Positions 52,060 through 64,000 of a stretch of DNA of 64,000 bases are shown piece by piece. The notes beneath the pieces were generated by a model. It was not told the DNA's origin and searched no databases. It worked only from the letters and a program-made list of their open reading frames with translations. Every line of letters begins with the position of its first letter. Position 1 is the first letter of the stretch. The stretch is from Octopus sinensis (Eukaryota), in the NCBI RefSeq assembly GCF_006345805.1, contig NC_043010.1, forward strand, positions 18,538,001 through 18,602,000, written 5' to 3'. The position numbers and the translations under genes were made by a program.

Positions 52060-52980
52060 ACCCAGGAAATGGGAAGGCATAAAGTCATTGTTGGTAAATG
52101 TGTCATACAAGGATTTGGAAATTGCAAACTTTATAAATGTTGCCTTAAATGGAAATGCTTTGACTGTACCAAACAGGAAAAAAAAACTTTTGAACATCAC
52201 AAGGACTCTGTTCAAAGTATTATCAATGATGATCCCAGAAAATCAACAAAGACCATCACCAAAGAACTTCAAGTATTGGAGTGGACTATCAGAACTGTGG
52301 TGTGGAAGGACATTCAACACAGGTCGTGTGTATTGAGGAAAGGCCAATTCATGTCTGCAAAGACATAGGAAAACTTTTGATACATGCCAAATAGACAAAA
52401 CCTCACTAACATGACATACTTTGGTTCTTTTCTGATGAGAAAAAAATTTGGCCAAGACCAAAAGTCTTACAGGAGAAACAACAGATGGCCATGTACACAT
52501 TCTTCCCATGTCTCATGAGTGATGCACACTAAGTTCCTAAGAATTAGGGTGGTTTTAGGAATGGTGAGTAACAAAGGTCATGTCATGTCACCTCACATCT
52601 TTGCACAAGATCTTTGGATTAATGCTGCTGGATCCACTGAGGCGTTGAAGAGAGTTGTTAAGGTGTGGATTGACGAAGTACAGAGTGGAAAGCCATTCAT
52701 ATTTCGACACTTTCTCATAAAGCTCACATAACCCAAGAATGGATGTCAGACTATCTTTACGATCATGCAACACCAAACTTGCAGCCTCCAGGTTCAAATC
52801 CCATGGATGACAACATTTGGAGCATTATTGAAAAGGAAACTAATGGACAGCTTTACTGAAGGCTGCCATTGTTCAGGAGATGTTTAAAATAAATAAGAAG
52901 CTTTTTCAGTGCAGTCACATCACCAATTCCAGTCCTGCATTGAAGCAGTCTTTGAAGCTGAAAGCAAATACATAGAATTG
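52060..52980 (+). mobile_element. Tc1/mariner (DD37D/maT-like) transposase remnant
   Basis: DDPRKS...KELQV..WTIR, WFFSDEKKF, VVLGMVSNKGHVM.PHIF with stops. Confidence 0.7.
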
Positions 52981-53231
52981 TCTTTTAAGAAAGTTTACCA
53001 AGAACATTTGTACAAATATTTATCAAATTGCATTTGGATTTTGGTAGATTTGAGTTCTTTGATTAAATTACTAAATTTGTCCTCAAAATGGCCCTTGCAC
53101 CTTTTTATATTGTATGAGGGCTGAATCTAAAAGAATAAAGTCAACAGGCACAATTCCCTCATCTTCAACTAATAAAAATAAACAAAGTTTGATGTTTAGA
53201 ATCACTCCTATTAATGTCTCTGGTTTTGCAG

Positions 53232-53314
53232 GCAAAGAATACAGCTTTAAATGTCATCAAGGAATCAAGTGTCCTGTTCAAAAGTGATGTCCTTGGAAAC
53301 CACCTCAGAATAAG
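53232..53314 (+). CDS. DNAAF9: DNAAF9 exon 17 (AKNTALNVIKESSVLFKSDVLGNHLRI)
   Basis: tttgcag| ... AAG|gtgtgt; phase-compatible. Confidence 0.82.
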
Positions 53315-54099
53315 GTGTGTCACTGATTCTGGTTTATGTTTGTTTATATATACATAAATAACTTATAAAATAAGGGCAAAAGAAAAGTTCTAATGCCAAA
53401 TATGCCGAAATTAGACAAATTGTCTATAACCATTATGATTTATGCGTCTCAAAACAAGCCGATAGAAATTTCTTAAAAATTCCATTATCATCGAATTGGT
53501 CCCAATTTCAAAGTTAATTCATAAGAATTTTCTTCTCATCAGCGATAAATACGTAAGACATAAATGAAATACTTACTCATGAGTATGAGTAAGTATGAAT
53601 TAACTTTGAAATTGGGACCAATACGATAATAACAGAATTTTTTAGAAATTTCTATCGGCTTGTTTCGAGACGCATAAATTATAATGGTTATAGACATATG
53701 TTTAATTTCGGCATATTTGGCATTAGAATTTTTCTTTTGCCCTTATTTTATAACAATTGCAGCATGGAAGGTGTTTATAAGCCATTTAAGAAACACAAAA
53801 AGCCATTCGATTCGCTTCAACATTTAAGTTTAATTTGTCAAAATATTTTCGTCGCTAAAATCCGCGACCTGTTCACTGACAAAAATCCGTGCTGCAGCAC
53901 ACGATCTCAGATCAAATTACTTGCTATGCGAGTACATTTCCGTAAAACTTATTTATATAAAAGTTATTTATAAATTTAACTTTTAAAGGTATTTTTTAAT
54001 ATGCTAGCCATTGATAAAATTTATTTTCGAAAAAATTTTATCCTACATTAGATGTATATGATAGCTGTAGGTTTCTTATCAGTTCTAAATACATATCCT

Positions 54100-54600
54100 G
54101 CTTTCCACCAATTCTTGAAGAAACATTGGCATCTGCAGGGCAACAATTCTCTACAATGATGCACGACTTTTGCTTCCAGTGCCTTGCAACCATATCTACC
54201 CTGTTGTGCCTGTTGTGTTTACACTAGTCTGCTGTTTTTATCGGAATGTTCCATCAGTATTCTTTATTTTTAAAAGTCAGGATACTTTTCGGTTCTGCTG
54301 TGCCATTGGTCTGCCCTCAGAACAATCCTTCCAGTGTATAGCATTGTAAGTCCTCTTAGCAACAATGCCATGTCTCATGGGAAGGCAGTCTCTTATAAAC
54401 CTTTCAGACTGCTTATGATGACATGAGCAATATCTTCTATATTGGTGGAGCACAATTGGCATTTTCTATCACAGCATGGAGGTCTAAAGGCATCCTTATC
54501 TCTCTTGTTGATCAGGTTTTCGTAGCTCTCTTCTGTTCTTCAATGGCAAAGGCATAACCTTCTTAGTGAGATGTGGTGAACTGATGCAGGTCCGGGAGAG
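54100..54600 (-). mobile_element. R4/NeSL-type LINE 3' fragment
   Basis: EGYAFAIEEQ, EDIAHVI, LPMRHGIVAK, WNIPIKT, CIIVENCCPAD. Confidence 0.6.
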
Positions 54601-54717
54601 ATTAGTAAATAGATGTGCATGTGTGAGTGTCGGTAGGTATGTGTGTATATGTGCATGTGTGTATTATATGTGTATGTGTATGTGTTTGTTTAATTTAATC
54701 TGTGATATTTATTTCAG

Positions 54718-54762
54718 TAAAAATATTGAATTTGTGTTGGAGGACATTAACACCAAGTCAAG
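54718..54762 (+). CDS. DNAAF9: DNAAF9 exon 18 (SKNIEFVLEDINTKS)
   Basis: tttcag| ... AAG|gtagga; phase 2/2. Confidence 0.75.
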
Positions 54763-54972
54763 GTAGGACCATCGACTATTTTAACTATTCCAGCCCACTT
54801 CCACCATGACCACCACCACTGATCTTATTTGCTAAATCTCACTGACCATAACAATAAAACACTGGCATTGACCACATCACAATGCATCACACTCAACACA
54901 TTACACTCAGTATATTGCAATCAACACACTGACCACCTACACTGACGTTTTAGTACCTGTATGTGTGTGTCT

Positions 54973-55006
<34 letters not shown>

Positions 55007-55072
55007 CTTTATGTATGCTTATGTGTATGTATGTATATGTACAGTGTCTCAGTGTTCTTGCTATCTACACAG

Positions 55073-55248
55073 CCAAAAGAATCCCTTTGTGGACAAAGAT
55101 GGTCAATGCAGGCACCGTTCCACCATTAAATGGATACAGATGAGTATTTGGAATATCCCTGATTGTGGTGGACAGAATAGTTCCAGTGCTTGTTCCCTGA
55201 CTTTTGGAGAGACATTCCTTGTTTCAGCTCTTCTCTTCTCTGATGACA
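55073..55248 (+). CDS. DNAAF9: DNAAF9 exon 19 (SQKNPFVDK...IKWIQMSIWNIPD...SLTFGETFLVSALLFSDD)
   Basis: acacag| ... ACA|gtaagt; matches MAVYDIPD...SVVFSESFLTS. Confidence 0.88.
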
Positions 55249-55743
55249 GTAAGTTTTTATCCATGTAAAGTAACCAATGATTTGTCCTTAAATGATAGCG
55301 ACTAGTCGCTCTTACACATTGACCTATCGCACAGAGATGGTCACTGGTCAATCCTATCAACAGCGACCTTTGATAGAGAGATGGTCACTCAGTCATTCAA
55401 TAAATGTTTCTAGTTTTGCTCCCTCTGCATTTATTGTGGTACAAGCTGGCCTCATTGGTCTATGTTACCCCTATATTAAAGACAGAAGGAACTCTGTAGA
55501 GGGTGACACTTCACTCTCACAATAACAAATCTTGTGAATCCCTAGATGTTTACTTACTGGGGCATGTGGTCCTTAGTTTTCCCAGTAAGGAAAAATAGGG
55601 ACCATGTATTCTATTCACTACACCACTGTTTACTACCTACACTCTACCTCAGTACCCTAATGTTCCCAGCACCTTTTAGTACCCTTCTAAGTACCCTGGT
55701 GTGGTACCAGATTCTTAATAACCATCCACTCTTCTATCCTCAG

Positions 55744-55814
55744 ATTCCCTGACAACTAAATCTACAGAGGTACAAGTTTTGACTGCTCAAATACCAAGAT
55801 ATCATTGTTGGACA
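55744..55814 (+). CDS. DNAAF9: DNAAF9 exon 20 (NSLTTKSTEVQVLTAQIPRYHCWT)
   Basis: cctcag| ... ACA|gtgagt; matches VLTAAVPRFCSW. Confidence 0.9.
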
Positions 55815-56713
55815 GTGAGTATTAAACACGCATCATGTTATTTCCCCTAAGATCTATCTCAACTTAAATCTCTTCCCTCAGCTTTTTTATTTGTAACTTA
55901 CTTTAAACTTGTATTCATCCATATGACTCTCCCCCTCTTCTGTGACTTATCTGAACATCATCATCATCATCATCATCGTTTAACGTCCGTTCTCCATGCT
56001 AGCATGAGTTGGACAGTTCGACCGGGGATCTGGGAAGCCAGAAGGCTGCACCAGGCTCCAGTCTGATCTGGCAGTGTTTCTACAGCTGGATGCCCTTCTT
56101 AACGCCAACCACTCTGTGAGTGTAGTGGGTGCTTTTTACGTGCCACCAGCACAGGTGCCAGACGAGGCTGGCAACGGCCACGATCAGATTGGTGCTTTTT
56201 ACATGCCACTGGCACGGAAGCCAGTCAAGGCGGCACTGGCATCGGCCACATTCGGATGGTGCTTTTTACGTGTCACCAGCACAGAATTCATCTGTTTATA
56301 TCAGTTTTGACTTCATACCATCATAAATCCTCCTAATCGTGTATATTTAATGACTGTTAATGAAACTTCAATTTGTTCAGTTAATTACTTCTCTGTGACA
56401 CATCATAACTTCCATATAGTTTTACAACTCCTGTGTTATGACCAGTATTAAATTTGTCCTTACAATTATAAGTTTTATTTTAAGACTGTCATCATTCTCA
56501 ATTTTATTTTATTTTCATGACTCCTATGTTATGATCAATCTTACATCTTTATCTCATCACCTCTCACCAATTCCTCCAATGCTGGCACCATAAACCTTAA
56601 ATTTGTCCTTACAACCTCTTTTATGACTTCTCTCCAATGCTATGACCATTGTTTTGGATATATTTATCCATCCAACATCTGTGCTACAACCTGTATTATG
56701 TTATTCGTCTTAG

Positions 56714-56849
56714 AATGTTCCGATCCAAGACAACATATCACACATTGGTGACTGCCTGAAGCTGACAGACATGTTGGGAGATGCAGTGTGTGACAGCAAC
56801 ACTATTGAACTGGTGGACGCTGACACAGTGTGGGACGTAGTAAGAACTG
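56714..56849 (+). CDS. DNAAF9: DNAAF9 exon 21 (NVPIQDNISHIGDCLKLTDMLGDAV...VWDVVRT)
   Basis: cttag| ... CTG|gtcagt; this donor is required for phase with exon 22. Confidence 0.75.
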
Positions 56850-57113
56850 GTCAGTGGGTTTCATTATTATATATAGTGTTCTAACTGTTGTTGTTATTGT
56901 CGTTGTTCTGCTTGTGGTCATTATTGTGGTTGTTGTGGTAATGTTGATGGTGCTGGTGGTGATGATGGTGGAGTAGTTGTTGGGGCGGGCAGCAGTGGTA
57001 GTAATAATATTATCATTGTTGTCAGCGTCATCATCATCATCATCATCATCATCATCGTCATCATCATCATTACCATATTCAAGATACACAATCCCCCCCT
57101 CTATCTTCTACAG

Positions 57114-57217
57114 GGCATCTCTTTGTACAACAACATGGTCTGGTTGTCCATTTAACCGGTCAGAACCCTGTTATTGTCCCAAACTCTGGGATTACCAGTC
57201 TGGACATCTACTACGAG
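57114..57217 (+). CDS. DNAAF9: DNAAF9 exon 22 (GHLFVQQHGLVVHLTGQNPVIVPNSGITSLDIYYE)
   Basis: ctacag| ... GAG|gtaagt. Confidence 0.85.
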
Positions 57218-57563
57218 GTAAGTACCACATCCACTCACCCAGCCAATCCTTACAAGGGTGGCTGGGTGGAATCAATACCCTGTTCTTGTTCATTCTGCAT
57301 ACAATCCTCTGACACCAAAATGGGGGGAGAGTGACTAGCATATATACAGTATGCGTGTATATGTATATACATATGTGTATATATATGTGGTATGTGTATA
57401 TGTGTGTGTGTGTATATTTATATATATACTAGATGTATATATATGGTACTTACAGCTATAAACCATTTGTTTTATTATGTAATATCTATACATACATACA
57501 TATATATATATCTATTATATATTATATATACATATATTATATATATATATATACATATATTAT

Positions 57564-57633
<70 letters not shown>

Positions 57634-57744
57634 CATATATATACATATATACTATATATATATATACCCATATATATATACATATATACATATACATATA
57701 TTATACATATATACATATCATTATATACATATATATATACATTA

Positions 57745-57786
<42 letters not shown>

Positions 57787-58394
57787 ATGATAGATATATA
57801 TATATATATATTCAAAATGCATTCAAAATGTGAGCGCGTGTGTACCGTTGGTGATTTTTTTTCCTCTGTCTTCCCTACTCTGAATCTTTCCTTCTCCTAT
57901 GTTTCTGACGAAGAGCTCCGCTCAAAACGTTAAACCCTTCTTTCCTTCTTTCCTGAGCGTCCAAAAATACTATATTTGTTCCACGTCCTCATGTTGTGTT
58001 TTTTTGTGCTTTCTTGTTTGGATTAACTTTATATATTTAGTGTAGGAAGAAATGGAGCTGAACGAAGATTTAACAAAATTCCTTTTTATTATTTTCTACA
58101 TATGTTTCAAAGGCTGCAAAGTCCCTAATTCGGATTGAATAAGGAGTCCATTTTGCAGCCTTCTCTTCAGGAAAATCCAGGAACTTAATTCTCCAACAAA
58201 ATGCACAGCAAGCTTTTCGACAAAACGCTCACAAGGAGCCCATGGAATAAATGGCACAAACTGTCTATCTTTATGCATAAAGATAGACAGTTTGTGCCAT
58301 TTATAGTGAAATGTTCACTATAAAATTATTTTAGCATTTTCTATTTTTGTCTTGTCTTTTTTCATAATATATCAACTCGTGTGTTCCTTTTCAC

Positions 58395-58437
<43 letters not shown>

Positions 58438-58452
58438 TATTTATATATATAA

Positions 58453-58498
<46 letters not shown>

Positions 58499-58605
58499 TT
58501 AATATGTGTGTGTGTGGTATGTGTGTATGTATATATAAATTCATTTATATATACATGTATTTATGTATGCACTTATGTATTACGCATTCATTTCTCTTTA
58601 ACAAG

Positions 58606-58755
58606 GACTCAAGCAGCTCTGCAGTTGTTGTGTTGCTCAACCTAACAGCAACCAGCTGCCTACACAAATTACTGGTTCCATCCCTCAATGACCGCAGAAC
58701 ACTGATATTGTTATTCCAACCAAAGACGAAGGCCAACAAAATTCTCTTTGCTAAG
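58606..58755 (+). CDS. DNAAF9: DNAAF9 exon 23 (DSSSSAVVVLLNL...LILLFQPKTKANKILFAK)
   Basis: aacaag| ... AAG|gtttgt; matches DSTSTVAALLI...LFPKSK. Confidence 0.87.
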
Positions 58756-59271
58756 GTTTGTCATTTTGAAAACAGAATTTCTTCCTTGCTTCAAAAACGA
58801 GTTGGATGTTTTGTTTTTTTATTCTGATCATTTAGTGTTTGTATACAAAATGTGATATCTGCAGTGAAACATGGGCATTTAATACGGAGTGGAAGGAGGT
58901 GTGAAGTTTGGAAATAAAGGAGGTCAGCAAGCCCTTCTGAATACATAATATTGGCTTGAAATTTTGGCCCAAGGCCAGCAAGTTCAGGAGACAAGTAGGC
59001 CAATTACATTGACCCCAGTACACAACTGGTACTTATTTTATTGACCCTGAAAGGGTTGAAAAACAAAGTGGACCTTGGTAGAATTTGAACTCAAAATGCA
59101 AAGACAGACGAAATGCTGAACAGCATTTTGGTCAGCATCCTAATGGATGCTGGAATACATGATACTGGTGTCTGTGAATAATGGAGAAGAAAAGAGCTGA
59201 GAGAAAAAGCAGGTCTGAGAGGAATCAGGTGTGGTATATAAGAGAGAAGACTCTGTTGGTACAGACATGTG

Positions 59272-59305
<34 letters not shown>

Positions 59306-59681
59306 ACAATGAGTGTAGGTGAAGAAGGTTGACGGGATTTGAGGGGAAGGAAATTGTTGGAGAGAAAAAGACTGAGAAAGAGGTGAGAGAATGTGGTGAG
59401 AGGTTGGACCCTTACAAAAGAAATGATAAGAGACTACAGCAAAGGGCTGGGGATGGGGTTAGGTGGGGTGGGTCACTGTGCAGAAAACGATTGGTCCAAC
59501 TTGTGTGAGCAGGGGAAAATGGAAATAATGTATCTGTGTGTGTGCATGCATGTGTGTGTGTGTGTGATAATGTGTTTTTGTGTGTGTGTGTGCATGCGTG
59601 TGTATGTGATAATGTGTGTGTGTGTGCGTGTGTATGTGATAATGTGTGTGTGTGTGTGTGTGTGTGCATGTGTATGTGATA

Positions 59682-59725
<44 letters not shown>

Positions 59726-59776
59726 TGCGTGTGTGTGCATGCTGAGTATAATTCTTAATTTTTCTTTCTGTTCCAG

Positions 59777-59850
59777 TTGCTGCCACACTGGAAGAATGGA
59801 ACCATTCCGCTTGTTTACCTGAAGCAGCTTCCAAGCCACATAGCAAAGCT
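59777..59850 (+). CDS. DNAAF9: DNAAF9 exon 24 (LLPHWKNGTIPLVYLKQLPSHIAK)
   Basis: ttccag| ... GCT|gtaaga; resembles VFSLWK. Confidence 0.82.
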
Positions 59851-60832
59851 GTAAGATGATTCTGGTTCCACCACCCTGTCTCCAACCCCACTCCACCATC
59901 CTCCTAACACTGTCTCTTCCTCTCTGCAGCCTCCCCTCTCTAACGCAAGCTCGTTAAGATCTTAATTGCAAAATAATGACATAACACACTGCACATCCCT
60001 TTTTCCTTTTTTCTTTTTACATCCATTTTCCATGCTGGCATGGGTCGGACTACTTGACCAAAGCTGTCAAGCCAGAGAGCTGCACCAGGTTCTGTTTTGG
60101 CATGGATTCTACCCCTGGATGCCAACCACTTTGCAGTGTGGTGTGTTGGGTGGTTTTCATGTGCCACCAGCACAAGTGCTCTTTACGTGGCACTGGCACG
60201 AGATCAAATTAATCTGTGATTGGATCAATATTTAGCTTGTCATTAATGTATTTGCTTACTTTTAGCTGTCCATCCATTCCAAGGATGACCATCACTCTTG
60301 TTTGTAGATCCTTTGATCCCTGTAAATGCCAATGTTTGGTTCTACAGTTTCCGTTGCTGAAAAAGGGTCATGTGAATATTTAGTTGGAGAAAGAGTTGGG
60401 GGGAGGAGCCATTACCAATGATGCATGAGTTGTAGGTAGGGGAGTAGAAGGTGAGTAGCAAGACAGAAAAAGGAGGAAAGGGGCAGCAGAATGGTAATGA
60501 TGATACAGTAGACAGGAGACAGATGAGAGGGAGATGACATGTGGTTGGGTAGGATGTAGAAGCACAAGGGGGAGAGAGAGGCAGACATAGTGTGTGAGGA
60601 GAGCAAGAGATGTATGGTGGAGGGGGAGGAGGAGGAGAGAAGAATATTGATAGGTGAAGGATAACAAGTGAAATGGTTCCGATCTCTAAGAATAATAAAT
60701 GCAATTATGGAAGTGATGAGTGGTGGGGATGTCTTGAGGGATAAATTGGGTGAAGGGCCCAATTGTGCAGATACATATACATGCACAGCACTTCCAGAGC
60801 CCAGTTTTATTGAGGTGGGCAGATTTTCTGTA

Positions 60833-60871
<39 letters not shown>

Positions 60872-62271
60872 TAGGGGAGGGGGGAGAATAACTAAAGACG
60901 AAGACAGGTGGTGTAGAAAACAAACAGATGTATTAGTATAACGCTTGGGAATTGAAAAAGTCTTTAACATTTCGAGCCTAAGCTCTTCCACAGAAAGGAA
61001 CACAGAAAGAAACCAGGAGAGAAAAAAAAAAAAAATATATATATATATAAAGCCAATAAGTAACAAGGATGTCCAGGTATCAATGTATTATGGCCGTTTC
61101 AAGAAGCTCCATTTAATCAATTGATGAAAGCATTACATCAATTTGAAAGAAGCCACTCTCCTCAGATGCGTACGACCATATAGATCTCCAACGTACAGGA
61201 TACTCCATTATAATTTTTTTAGCAAATATTTCATCAGAGACTAGAGACTAAAATACATTACTTCTTTTTGCTATTATTGTAGCAGAATGAATTTAGGGGA
61301 AAAATATCTAAAGCCTATCAAATTATAGTTTTATTTCAAATTGATGTAATGTTTTCATCGATTGATTAAATGGAGTTGCTTGAAACAGCCGTGATACACT
61401 GATACCTGGACATCCTTGTTATTCATTTGCTTTTTATTCACCTTACTTCGAGCTGTGCAGATAATACCAGACTGACTTGGCCCTTTAACTTAATTACATG
61501 TACATGCTGAGACCTCCTTCGGTCACGAATGACCATGGGATTGCACCTAGAAAGTTGCCTTCCCAGGCACAAGTCAGGGCAAGGTTGTTTTATGGAAGAC
61601 CAGCAGTTGCCCATGCATACCAGCCTCCCCTCTCCACAGCACCAATGTTATCCAACAGAAAGGCAAAGGCTGATGCAGCTTGGCACCAGTGACATTGCAA
61701 CTCATTTCTAATACTGAGTTAACTGGAGCAATGTAAAATAAAAGTGTCTTGCTCAAGAACACAACACACAGCCCGGTCCAGGATACAAACTAACAACGTC
61801 ATGATCGTAAGCTCGACGCTCTAACCACTGAGCCATGCACCTTCACACACATATATATTACACCTTGAAACTGTGTAGACTGAGATCCCTGTTGACAGGT
61901 CCCTGATATCAAATACAACGCTAACATTTATATTATGGACTTAAGTAGCCTCTGTTTTCAGTAGCTACTGTAATTGTTGAGTATAAAAACAGATTGCTTG
62001 TTTCTCTGGAATTGGTCGAATTGATGGAGACACCTCTCATGGAAATTCAATGAGATTTGAAAATCAATGAAAGTTGTTTGTCATTTATTTTCTCGCTCTA
62101 CAAAGAATGAACTAAATTAGCCGTCAGTCAAATTATGATTAATGGTGTGAAAGTGAGTATTAGCAATTGGTTGATAACTGATGAAGAATTTGGGACCCTC
62201 TGTGTTTGCCTCCCATCCGGTCGTACACTCAGAATATGTTATGTCGTTTGTTTATTTACCATACATTTTTC

Positions 62272-62302
<31 letters not shown>

Positions 62303-62380
62303 TGAGTACAGACACACGCATACATTGGCCACTCCACCCACTGTAGCATGCACTTCTAATCTTTCTCTTTCTCTCTACAG

Positions 62381-62479
62381 GTGTAACTCCAGACTGACCT
62401 CTTCATTGGAAGTAGCTGCAAATCAAAAGATGGTGTGGACACTGGATCAAGCAAGTGACCACCTCCACGGACTAGACAT
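62381..62479 (+). CDS. DNAAF9: DNAAF9 exon 25 (LCNSRLTSSLEVAANQKMVWTLDQASDHLHGLD)
   Basis: ctacag| ... CAT|gtaaga; phase 2/2; ends like SAKLPELD. Confidence 0.8.
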
Positions 62480-62829
62480 GTAAGACCTTCTCTGTTTATT
62501 GAATGCTAAGGGTCATGGAGAGGGGTGTGGTTCTTATACCCCCACTCCTGCCTTCCTTCCTGCCTTCCTTCCTTCCTTCCTTTATTTTTGAACCTGGGGA
62601 AGTAAATTGAATGTGTGGCTGTAGGTGTGAACCCGTGGCTAAGTTCTCTCCATTGTTATGTGGTTGTGGGTTCAATCACACTGTGTAGCACATTGGGTTA
62701 AAGGTCTTCTACTATAACGTTAGGGGCCATCCCCCCCAATATCTATGAACAGAAACTGTGGAGAAACCTGTCATGATAAATACTCACACACACCCACACG
62801 CACACACACACAGATGAACACACACACAT

Positions 62830-62866
<37 letters not shown>

Positions 62867-63008
62867 TACATACATGCATGAACCATAAAATGTCAGGAAG
62901 TATGAGAGATGAATATATTTATTTAACCATTTGATAGCCATAAGATTATGGCTGTTTGCTGCAACAGCAACAGGATTCTATGAATCTATATGTCACTATA
63001 TATATATA

Positions 63009-63062
<54 letters not shown>

Positions 63063-63109
63063 TGTGTGTGTGTGTGTGTGTGTATGTGTGTGTATATGGC
63101 ACGCTACAG

Positions 63110-63181
<72 letters not shown>

Positions 63182-63384
63182 ATGTATATGTATGTGTGTG
63201 TGTACACCAGAGTAAGCACATAAATGTGAAACAAAGTGGAAAAAATAGTACTTGAGTCCCTGAGGTAGAGTAATATGCTTCATTAATAAAGCTGCAAAGA
63301 CATCACAAAAACTGTTACTCAGAGTTTCACATTCCCATTCATCAGAGAATTTTGGTTGAGAATATATATATATGCTGTGAGTCA

Positions 63385-64000
63385 ATGGGCAGACAGAAAC
63401 AAAAAAACAAAATGCAACTGAATGAGGGAAAATTTGAGCTGATGCATTTTGGAAGAAATTCCTCACTAAAACAACCATACTCTCTTCCTTCAGGGGAACC
63501 GCTCACAGCCTCTAACAATATCAGAGACCTGGGTGTAATTGTTGATGACGATCTCAGTTGGAGTGCACACATCAACAAGAAGGTTGATATAGCTCGTAGG
63601 ATGAGTTCCTGGATCTTAAGAACTTTCCGGTCCAGAGAACAAGGTGTCATCATACCACTTTTTTCCTCCTTTGTACGGCCACACCTTGAATACTGCTGCC
63701 CACTGTGGTCTCCTCACACAAGACAAAACATCTCCAGAATTGAGTCACCCCAGAGGGCTCTCACTAAACAAATTGAAGGCATGGCTGCTCTCGATTATTG
63801 GGATCGCCTTAAAACCTTGAAACTTTACTCCCTCCAGCGTCGCCGTGAGCGGTACATCATTTGTACGATGTGGAAAATATACCGCCAAATTTGCCCAAAC
63901 GACCTAAACATTAGCTTCAAGGTCCATCCAAGACTTGGACCACGGGCTATACGTCCCCTGCCAAATTCAAGATCACAACATACATGTACACTGCAACATA
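63385..64000 (+). mobile_element. CR1/L2-type LINE RT C-terminal region, open to the window edge
   Basis: Uninterrupted frame from 63412: MQLNEGKFELMHFG...RDLGVIVDDDLSWSAHI...VRPHLEYCCPLWSP...LYSLQRRRER. Confidence 0.9.

Larger units (their letters stand above)
14249..62479 (+). other. DNAAF9: Multi-exon gene, 5' ~60% of a C20orf194/DNAAF9 (Shulin) orthologue; 25 exons in the window, continues past 64000
   Basis: Manually spliced exons all have AG/GT boundaries with compatible phases (2042 nt, 680 codons + 2 nt, no stop). Peptides [79 protein letters not shown] occur in the same order as in human C20orf194 as I recall it. Confidence 0.92.

Overview
AT-rich, microsatellite- and transposon-dense animal genomic DNA. 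The repeat families and composition look like an octopus or other coleoid cephalopod (inference). Almost all ORFs in the supplied track are microsatellite artefacts. One host protein gene can be reconstructed by hand on the + strand: 25 short GT-AG exons from 14249 to 62479. They splice in frame into about 680 codons that align motif by motif with my recollection of C20orf194/DNAAF9 (Shulin, an outer-dynein-arm packaging factor). The gene continues beyond the window and has a perfect RFX X-box just upstream. Upstream of it is a CpG-rich regulatory region (11070-12170) with a minus-strand TATA/CCAAT promoter. It contains a CSL-like + octamer + CCAAT module present in three copies: 11565-11645, inverted at 11075-11147, and again at 1-195. 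The rest is transposon debris: a Naiad-like Penelope element interrupted by a complete non-autonomous Helitron, mariner and DD37D-like remnants, Merlin-, hAT- and piggyBac-like MITEs, RTE, CR1 and R4-like LINE fragments, and several tRNA-SINE families. The most unusual signals are (i) a tRNA-headed SINE carrying a Penelope-type minimal hammerhead ribozyme and occurring as inverted pairs, (ii) about ten further hammerhead-like motifs and several long fold-backs inside DNAAF9 introns, and (iii) the triplicated regulatory module. All assignments were made by eye, without database searches.
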